From: Desulfobacteraceae bacterium
Lineage (GTDB): Bacteria; Desulfobacterota; Desulfobacteria; Desulfobacterales; Desulfosalsimonadaceae
DNA: 24,000 nucleotides
Direction of reading: 5' to 3'
Assembly: GCA_014237465.1 (NCBI GenBank)
Contig: JABZFM010000016.1
Span: 1-24,000, forward strand
The stretch's first letter is position 1. The number at the start of each line of letters is the position of its first letter. A program made the position numbers and the translations under genes. The notes under the pieces are model-generated. The model was not told the DNA's origin. It did not search any database and worked only from the letters and a program-made list of their open reading frames with translations. Of the stretch, positions 6,127 to 12,803 are shown one piece after another.

Positions 6127-6293
6127 CTAAATTTGACGGCTTCGTAAAAAGTCCAAATTCTGTGTTGCGCTGCAGTCTTCGTCACTGCGGAGTAGGCTAA
6201 CTACGCCTCATTCCTCAGAATTTGCGCGCCTTGAATTTGAAACTTTTTTCTTTGCCATCTGAATCTGACTTTTTACAGGATCATCAAATTTAG
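6127..6293. mobile_element. 167-bp MITE-like element with imperfect 27-bp terminal inverted repeats
   Basis: Left end CTAAATTTGACGGCTTCGTAAAAAGTC; reverse complement of the right end CTAAATTTGATGATCCTGTAAAAAGTC (21/27 identical by manual alignment). Internal pairing CAAATTCTG (6154-6162) with CAGAATTTG (6217-6225). No coding capacity. It generates the spurious TFYEAVKF peptide in the minus-strand ORF 5841..6185. Confidence 0.6.
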
Positions 6294-6358
6294 ATCCTCA
6301 TCATTATTTCTTTTTTTACCAAACTTCTTGATTTTCCTTTATAACTTATTTTTTTCAA

Positions 6359-6387
6359 TTGACAAATTATAGGTATTTAAATATAAT
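6359..6387 (+). promoter_or_regulatory. Consensus sigma70 promoter (TTGACA-N17-TATAAT) upstream of the C39 peptidase gene
   Basis: TTGACA at 6359-6364, an exact 17-nt spacer, TATAAT at 6382-6387, ~70 nt upstream of the ATG at 6458. A small hairpin GGTGGG-gaagcaa-CCCACC (6423-6441) lies in the predicted leader. Confidence 0.55.
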
Positions 6388-6457
6388 TGATAATCTTAAA
6401 TCTATTAAACCTAATAACTCTGGTGGGGAAGCAACCCACCGATAAGATGGTTTTGAT

Positions 6458-7213
6458 ATGCATGTACTTATCGGTTTAGTCATTTCAGTTTGTATCTTTG
6501 CAAGCTTCCATGATATACGAGTGATCCCTAAAGATGAGATCAGTCTTAATATCGGCGGCCAATACCCCGTGTTTACCCACCAAAACGTAACGCCGCTGTC
6601 GGCAATTTTAGATAAAAACATCGTTACGCAAACCCACGATTTCAGTTGTGGTTCAGCAGCACTTGCTACTTTACTCAATTATTACCTCAACGAAAATTTT
6701 ACAGAAAGCCAGGTTATTCAGGGGTTGATGGAATACGGTAATAAAAAAAATATAACGGAACGAAGAGCATTTTCTTTGCTGGACATGAAAAAATTTGTTG
6801 GCTTATTAGGTTATAAAGGGGCTGGTTATAAAGCCGAAATAAACGACTTAATTGAGCTCGGCACTCCCTGTATTATTCCGATTGAATTTTTGGGATACCG
6901 GCATTTCACAGTACTAAAGGGAATTTATGATAATCACATTTTCCTGGCGGACCCTTATAGGGGGAACACCAGTTATACGCTTTCAGCATTTAAAAAAATG
7001 TGGTATGAAAATGTTATTTTTATCATTGAACCCGGAGGTGCGCCAACCCTTACTGCGCTGCAACTAACCAATGATGATCTTAGATATATTAACGAGAATA
7101 CCCTTCAAGACATTCTATTTGAAAACACTCACGAGATTCCTTTTCCGAACAAACATGAACGTGAATTCTTTTTTACCTTACCCGATGAGTATAACAGATA
7201 TACTCCTCGATAA
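6458..7213 (+). CDS. Stand-alone periplasmic/membrane-anchored peptidase C39-like cysteine protease (251 aa)
   Basis: N-terminal hydrophobic signal/anchor MHVLIGLVISVCIFASF. C39 layout: Gln six residues before the catalytic Cys (QTHDFSCGSAALATLLNYY), then GYRHFTVLKG (His) and FLADPYRGN (Asp). No ABC-transporter TM or ATPase domains are attached. Confidence 0.8.
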   Translation: MHVLIGLVISVCIFASFHDIRVIPKDEISLNIGGQYPVFTHQNVTPLSAILDKNIVTQTHDFSCGSAALATLLNYYLNENFTESQVIQGLMEYGNKKNITERRAFSLLDMKKFVGLLGYKGAGYKAEINDLIELGTPCIIPIEFLGYRHFTVLKGIYDNHIFLADPYRGNTSYTLSAFKKMWYENVIFIIEPGGAPTLTALQLTNDDLRYINENTLQDILFENTHEIPFPNKHEREFFFTLPDEYNRYTPR

Positions 7214-7323
7214 TACGCTTAATTTTTGAACAAAAACATATGCTTCTAAAATTACGGTTATAATTTTTTATATATATTTTAATGATTTATATCAATATAA
7301 ACAATTGTTGTGGAGGATTAACG

Positions 7324-8850
7324 TTGAAAAAGTTTTCAAGAAAAATTTTCTTTGTCCTAAGTTTTATCTTGATCTTTGGTCTGCATATTTCTTCAGGGTT
7401 CTGCACAACAATAAATGATATTATCAGTGATTCAACATCGACTGAAGATCAAAATAACATCAACACTGATTCCGACAATATATCGATCCATGATGATAGC
7501 ACACAAACATCATATTTTGCTATCCAACTCGGTGTTTACCTCAAACAGAAAGATGCTGATAATCAAATTATTGATTTTAAGACAAAAGGTTTTGATCCTT
7601 ACATCTTTCAGTCAATAAATTCCAAAGGCCAGACTGTTTATTCGGCACGTATCGGAAAATATGAAAATTATCAAACTGCCGGCAATGAACTTTCCCGTTT
7701 GGAAAAAAATTTTAATCAAACCGCATTAATAACCTATTATGATTCTTTAAACCCTGTTGATTCAACAGAAATTCTTTCATCTTCAAGGAAACCGCCCGCT
7801 GAAGTGGCACCTGAATCTTCTGATGATCAACCGAGCGATGCGGTTCAGGAAAACTTAGAAACCGATCCCTATGCTTCAGTTAATGAATCAGAAAGTTTAA
7901 AAGCCCTTCAAGAAAAAATCAACGCTCTTGAATCGGCGATAGAGCAACTTCAAGAGGAATCTGATGTTCGCCGGCAATTAACAATAACAGAAGAAGAATC
8001 GGCGCAGGAAGAAGAAGATATTCTTGAAGCTGCCGGCCGGCAGTACACCCTTACGGAAGCAGGAAATATCAAGTTTAGAGTTGGCGTCAGTTATGCTTAT
8101 AGTGAATACGATGCGATTAAAGAAGCTGCTCGCGTGGAGGATGTGGCGGATCATACCATTTCTACATCATTGAATGTTTCTTATGGGTTAAAGGATAATG
8201 TTACTTTAGGCGTTGGCATTCCATTTGTCTATAAATACCACAAAGTCGGCACTGTGGATTCAATGGATACAAATGATCTGGGCGATCTGGGCCTATCCTG
8301 GCAATTTCAGCCGTCAAAATCAAGCGGTGATCTGCCCACAATAATTATAAACGGCAGTTTTTCGGTCCCGGTTGGCCGAAGCCCCTACGAAATTCAGGTT
8401 GGAGAGGAATTGTCCACTAGTTCCGGTTTATATTCAACCAATCTCGGCGTATCAGTCAGCCAGGTATCAGATCCGGTGGTTGTATATAGCAGTTTTGGCC
8501 TTACTTATTCGCTTCCCCTTTCTGGTATCAATCAAAAACGTGCTGAAGGCGTATTGGATAAGATTGACCCCGGTATCGGGCTTGGTGTTGGAGCCGGCAT
8601 GGGGTATGCGTTGTCTTATAAATTAAATCTTAACCTCAGCTTTAACTATTCCTATAGTTTTGAGACAACTTATAAGTATAAAAATGCCCCTGAAGCGACG
8701 AGCGGAGTCGGTGTATCCGCTGGCCTAACCCTTGGTGTCGGCTATAAGGTCAGCCAAAACCAGAACCTTAATTTTTATCTTGGCATTCCGTTGACAAATA
8801 GCAGAAGTTTTTCTTTTGGCTTTAGCACACCAATTGAATTTGAATTATAG
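7324..8850 (+). CDS. Outer-membrane protein: signal peptide + SPOR domain + acidic linker + coiled coil + C-terminal beta-barrel
   Basis: Preferred start is TTG at 7324 (SD GGAGG 7312-7316, 7-nt spacer), giving LKKFSRKIFFVLSFILIFGLHISSGFC. The upstream ATG at 7282 is an alternative. SPOR-like segment: YFAIQLGVYLKQKDADNQIIDFKTKGFDPYIFQSINSKGQTVYSARIGKYENYQTAGNELSRL. Heptad segment: SLKALQEKINALESAIEQLQEE. The last ~270 aa have alternating-residue strands with G-rich turns and end in FSFGFSTPIEFEL. Confidence 0.75.
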   Translation: MKKFSRKIFFVLSFILIFGLHISSGFCTTINDIISDSTSTEDQNNINTDSDNISIHDDSTQTSYFAIQLGVYLKQKDADNQIIDFKTKGFDPYIFQSINSKGQTVYSARIGKYENYQTAGNELSRLEKNFNQTALITYYDSLNPVDSTEILSSSRKPPAEVAPESSDDQPSDAVQENLETDPYASVNESESLKALQEKINALESAIEQLQEESDVRRQLTITEEESAQEEEDILEAAGRQYTLTEAGNIKFRVGVSYAYSEYDAIKEAARVEDVADHTISTSLNVSYGLKDNVTLGVGIPFVYKYHKVGTVDSMDTNDLGDLGLSWQFQPSKSSGDLPTIIINGSFSVPVGRSPYEIQVGEELSTSSGLYSTNLGVSVSQVSDPVVVYSSFGLTYSLPLSGINQKRAEGVLDKIDPGIGLGVGAGMGYALSYKLNLNLSFNYSYSFETTYKYKNAPEATSGVGVSAGLTLGVGYKVSQNQNLNFYLGIPLTNSRSFSFGFSTPIEFEL

Positions 8851-8892
8851 ATTTTCTGACCTGTATATATTTTATAGCTTTTTTATTCAGTG

Positions 8893-10734
8893 ATGCATTT
8901 CAGAGGAGACTTCGGGTTGTTCCTGTTTATTAAAAAGAGTTTTTTTTATACATTCATTGTGGTGGCTGTTTTTTTTTGCCGCCCATTTTATTCTTATGCG
9001 ACATTTGTTGAGCAGCTTGCGATATGTGCAAAAGGCACAGCACTTGCTAATGCATGTACGGCTGATCCTCCGGGAATCATGTCGATCCATTATAACCCGG
9101 CAGGCCTTTCTCAACTTCCTGAAGGAAAAGTGTTTGAGCAGGGTTTTCTCCTCCCCTGGCTTCAAAATACCTGGAAATATGAGGCCGACCCGGAATTTCC
9201 CGGTTTTATGTCTACATGGGGCCCTCAGGAGGGACAAGAACCTGATCCCCTTGACGGCACGAAAAGCACCAATAGCAGTGGTGTTATGTACTTACCCATC
9301 TATGACGACTTTATAAATTTTCTTGCCGGCCCGTCTGCCGGACTTTCATCCCGAAAACCCGGTTCCAAATGGACATTTGCTATTGGCAACTATGCCCCAT
9401 ATGGCGGTGGGATGAACTATAAAAGTGACAGCCCGGCAAGATTTGGTGTCAGGACCCTTTATCTCCAACATCTGATATATGCCATGCCGGCCGTCAGTTA
9501 TCAAATTTCCGAGACCTTGTCTGTGGGGATTGCTACCGGTATCGGCCAAACGGCAATGGGGCTGAGGTTAAATATGCGTTCTCCCAATGAAATGGTGGCA
9601 TTAACACGGGTTCTGGGTGATGCAACAAAGGATCTTTACATCCCGGTACTTTCTGACCTTACTCTCCCCCCGCCCTGGTTTGGCGGGGGTATCAGTCCTT
9701 ATGATCAGGTGGCCACTTTTGATCTGCAAGCTCGTGATGATTTTTCCCCAAATTATAATCTTGGTTTGTTGTGGCAACCCAAAAAGTGGTTTTCTTATGG
9801 CTTTAATTATCAAAGCGAAATCAAGTCTGACTTAACAGGTGGATATAACTTTAAATATGGAGAAGAATGGCAGCGTATGATGGCCTGGATGGGCAGTTCA
9901 CCCTTATTGCTAATCGTCAGCGGCATGTTTCAGCTGCCTACTCAGGCCGTTACCCATCAAAGTGGAACCATAACGTCTATCCGGCTTTTTCCCCAGCGCA
10001 TTCAAACCGGGATCATGGTTAAACCGACAAAAAGACTTAAGGTTTTATTTGACGTGCAATGGGCGCAATGGTCAATCATTCAAGAGGATAATTTCCAAAC
10101 TGACCAGGACATTCAGCTCCTGCAACTGGTTAAAATGCTAGGATATACAGGCGGCCACCGTAATTTAATCATTCCGCGAGAACTTAAAGACACCCTTCAT
10201 TGGAGCGCCGGGCTGGAGTATCAGCTTAAACCCAATCTTGCCCTTCGATGCGGTTATGAATTTCGGCCGACATCTACCCGGGCAAATCTGTATGACCAGC
10301 AATATTTTGTACCGGATTTGCACAATATCGGCGTCGGGGTTGGTGTAAAACTGCCCCATGGCGTAACGCTTGATATCGGTTTAGGTTATGCTTTCAACCA
10401 TTCAAATAAAATCCCGAATAACAGTACGCAAAATTTAACTTCTACTGATTTCTTTATTCCGGTATATAACCCGTATGCCGGCTTGGACGTTGAGCAGAAA
10501 TTGGAAATATTTACATTTGCGGTTGCCGTAAACATGCCCTTCCATGCCTTTATTGAGCATCAAAAGCACTTGATGCACAAACAGCATGAAGCAATTGGTC
10601 ATCTCATCGGCTTGTTTAAAAAACCATTTGCTCATAATGAAGAAACAGGCAATATCACTGAAATCATACCCGATGCTGACCCGAAAATCGAAACTGAAAC
10701 TGGAACTGAAACTGAATCTAACGCACACCAATAA
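8893..10734 (+). CDS. FadL/TodX/OMPP1-family outer-membrane transport barrel with a C-terminal His-rich/acidic extension
   Basis: N-terminal family signature after the signal peptide (AKGTALANACTADPPGIMSIHYNPAGLSQL). Long beta-rich body. A barrel-terminating strand FTFAVAVNMPF is followed by ~65 extra residues (HAFIEHQKHLMHKQHEAIGH...ETETGTETESNAHQ). Start is ambiguous: GTG 8890, ATG 8893, or TTG 8917 (SD GAGGAG 8903-8908). Confidence 0.65.
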   Translation: MHFRGDFGLFLFIKKSFFYTFIVVAVFFCRPFYSYATFVEQLAICAKGTALANACTADPPGIMSIHYNPAGLSQLPEGKVFEQGFLLPWLQNTWKYEADPEFPGFMSTWGPQEGQEPDPLDGTKSTNSSGVMYLPIYDDFINFLAGPSAGLSSRKPGSKWTFAIGNYAPYGGGMNYKSDSPARFGVRTLYLQHLIYAMPAVSYQISETLSVGIATGIGQTAMGLRLNMRSPNEMVALTRVLGDATKDLYIPVLSDLTLPPPWFGGGISPYDQVATFDLQARDDFSPNYNLGLLWQPKKWFSYGFNYQSEIKSDLTGGYNFKYGEEWQRMMAWMGSSPLLLIVSGMFQLPTQAVTHQSGTITSIRLFPQRIQTGIMVKPTKRLKVLFDVQWAQWSIIQEDNFQTDQDIQLLQLVKMLGYTGGHRNLIIPRELKDTLHWSAGLEYQLKPNLALRCGYEFRPTSTRANLYDQQYFVPDLHNIGVGVGVKLPHGVTLDIGLGYAFNHSNKIPNNSTQNLTSTDFFIPVYNPYAGLDVEQKLEIFTFAVAVNMPFHAFIEHQKHLMHKQHEAIGHLIGLFKKPFAHNEETGNITEIIPDADPKIETETGTETESNAHQ

Positions 10735-10832
10735 CCATATAATAAAACCATATAATAAAAATTTAATACCCCTCTCCTTTAAATATTTGTGAGTCACTCA
10801 TGATTTCTCGCAAATAAACAGCCACACCGCCC

Positions 10833-10861
10833 TTGACATCGTATGTTTTCAATAATAAAAT
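10833..10861 (+). promoter_or_regulatory. Candidate sigma70 promoter (TTGACA-N17-TAAAAT) upstream of the beta-propeller gene pair
   Basis: TTGACA at 10833-10838, a 17-nt spacer, TAAAAT at 10856-10861. It lies just outside the left inverted repeat that precedes the gene at 11118. Motif match only. Confidence 0.35.
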
Positions 10862-10889
10862 ATTGGTCCAGTTTATGTGAGTGCTCAAT

Positions 10890-10994
10890 AAGTCAGGGCT
10901 ATAATATGTCAGTCCACATATAACTCAATGTAGCGGAAGGCTTTAGCCTTCCATAAGTCAGTTACAAATGGAGGCCTAAAGACCTCCGCTACAT
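10890..10994 (+). repeat. Left arm of a ~105-bp inverted repeat; contains a short-form (two-hairpin) copy of the palindromic element at 10926-10994
   Basis: Core CAATGTAGCGGAAGGCTTTAGCCTTCCATAAGTCAGTTACAAATGGAGGCCTAAAGACCTCCGCTACAT differs from the reverse complement of 14918-14986 at 5 of 69 positions (manual alignment). Similarity continues outward (AAGTCAGGGCTATAATATG versus AAGTCCGGGCTAAAAATATG). Additional hairpins ACGATA-aa-TATCGT and GGCGGGG-ttta-TCCCCGCC follow at 11000-11037. Confidence 0.8.
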
Positions 10995-11117
10995 CGTTTT
11001 ACGATAAATATCGTAGTGGCGGGGTTTATCCCCGCCAAGTATTGAATCAACGTTTTGCCCTGGTTTATTGAGATGTTACCGATTTATTTATTATTCATAT
11101 TGAAAGGATTATCTGAT

Positions 11118-12803
11118 ATGCGGTTGCGTTTTGTTTTATTTGCGTTATTTATTATTATTTTGCTGCAATTTTCCAATGCGTTTTGCGAGGACAATAAACA
11201 TGATTTTTCTGTAAAAACTAAACTCCTCAGCACTATTCCGCAGAATGCTGATATTGTAGACACCTCCATTAAATTCAGTTCGGATTACAAAAACATCACT
11301 TATGTGACGTTTACGGATAAAACGCATAAATTTATCCATCTAAATAATAAAACCAGCCCTGTATATTATGCTGTTCATCCATCGACTCCTATTTTTGAGC
11401 CAGAAACAAATAAGCTGGCTTACATTGCGTATAAAAATAAGGACGGTAATGCGACAGTGACTGTTGATGGTGTTTCCGGACCTGTTTTTGATAGCGCGGA
11501 TAATTTCATATTCAGCAATGATGGTATGAGATATGCCTACCGGGGAGTTAAAAAAGATCAACAATGCACAGTGATCGATGGGAAGCCCGGACCATTATTC
11601 AAAGGTATTCCGATAAAAAATAATTTTAAATTCAGCCCGGACTCCAAACACTTCGCTTATGTTGCCTTAAAGGAAAACGGCTGTGTGCTTGTATTGGATG
11701 GGCAAGAAGATGACCAAGCATTTAATTTTATCACTGGTGTAACTTTCAGCTTCGATTCTAAGCACATTGCCTACAAGGCGAGAGTTAAAAAAAGCAGAGT
11801 AAGGGAATCCTGGCGTGTGGTTTCCGATGTAGTCAATGAAAACAGTTATGACAAAATTTTTGATCTGGTTTACAGTTATGATTCAAAAAATCTGGCTTAT
11901 GCCGCAATTAAAAACGAAAAAATGGTTATTGTTGTTAATGGTCAGGAAAAGGATTCTCAGGATATGTACGGTTTGCCTGTGTTTTCTTTGGACTCACAAA
12001 AATTAGCATACTCCTACATGAATAAAAAGAAAGCCTATGTTGCTATTAATGATAAAAGAGGGCCCGGATTCGATACCCTTTATACATTTTTTTTCAGTCC
12101 GGATTCATCAAGATATGCCTACATTGCCAAAAAAAATGATGAAATATACTGCGTTATTGATGGAGAAGTCAGTGACGCGTTTCTGGATATTGCGGCATTA
12201 AAGTTCAGTCCAAACTCTGCGCGCTATGTATATAGTTCTTCAACTGATAAGGGAAGTAAAATTATTATTGACGGAGTCCCTGGGAATAATTACCCATCCA
12301 TTGGTGACGCTTATTTCAGCCCGGATTCGAAGCATGTGGTTTATCGGGCAGTAACAAAAGGTGTAAAATGGGGCACCATCCTGAACGGAAAACAATTGGG
12401 TAAAAATTACTTTGCTATCAGCCCATATTATTTTTCTGCAGATTCACGGCATCTTGCGTTTCGGGGAATGGTAGACATGGATAAATCGGTATTGATACTT
12501 GATGGCATAGAATTACCAAAAGATAGAGCCTTTACAATCCTTGGAGATCCATGGTTCAGCCCCGATGGGAACCATATCGCTTTTCACGCCCGAATAAAAG
12601 AAAATTCGTGGAAACTTATTGTTGACGGTCACGTACTTAATGAAACATATGGTGGTTTTATAAAAGACACCCCCATAATTTTTGACTCAAACAACCATTT
12701 TCATACCATTGCGTTAAGGAATCCCGAAAATCCTGAATTTATAACAATTGATGTTGATATTCCTGACGCTGTAAAAATCAAAACGGAGCTTAAAACGCCT
12801 TGA
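11118..12803 (+). CDS. Secreted beta-propeller protein with ~12-13 PD40/TolB-like repeats (FSPDSKHxAY)
   Basis: Preferred start is ATG at 11118 (AAAGGA 9 nt upstream), giving the signal peptide MRLRFVLFALFIIILLQFSNAFC. The TTG at 11055 in the ORF track adds an implausible extension. A repeat unit of ~40-45 aa, VxxDGxxGPxF...FSPDSxxxAY, occurs about a dozen times. Confidence 0.8.
   Translation: MRLRFVLFALFIIILLQFSNAFCEDNKHDFSVKTKLLSTIPQNADIVDTSIKFSSDYKNITYVTFTDKTHKFIHLNNKTSPVYYAVHPSTPIFEPETNKLAYIAYKNKDGNATVTVDGVSGPVFDSADNFIFSNDGMRYAYRGVKKDQQCTVIDGKPGPLFKGIPIKNNFKFSPDSKHFAYVALKENGCVLVLDGQEDDQAFNFITGVTFSFDSKHIAYKARVKKSRVRESWRVVSDVVNENSYDKIFDLVYSYDSKNLAYAAIKNEKMVIVVNGQEKDSQDMYGLPVFSLDSQKLAYSYMNKKKAYVAINDKRGPGFDTLYTFFFSPDSSRYAYIAKKNDEIYCVIDGEVSDAFLDIAALKFSPNSARYVYSSSTDKGSKIIIDGVPGNNYPSIGDAYFSPDSKHVVYRAVTKGVKWGTILNGKQLGKNYFAISPYYFSADSRHLAFRGMVDMDKSVLILDGIELPKDRAFTILGDPWFSPDGNHIAFHARIKENSWKLIVDGHVLNETYGGFIKDTPIIFDSNNHFHTIALRNPENPEFITIDVDIPDAVKIKTELKTP

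Noticed and set aside
5841-6185. ORF 5841..6185 (-), 114 aa, and ORF 6367..6678 (-), 103 aa
   Set aside because: The first is antisense to the well-supported 5064-6107 gene and ends inside the MITE-like element (TFYEAVKF pseudo-peptide). The second is antisense to the C39 peptidase gene start and the promoter region. Neither has independent support.
8887-9316. ORFs 8887..9237 (-) and 8957..9316 (+) overlapping the 5' part of the FadL-like gene
   Set aside because: These are alternative-frame or antisense ORFs with basic, low-complexity translations. The FadL-family signature (NPAGLSQL) identifies the true frame.
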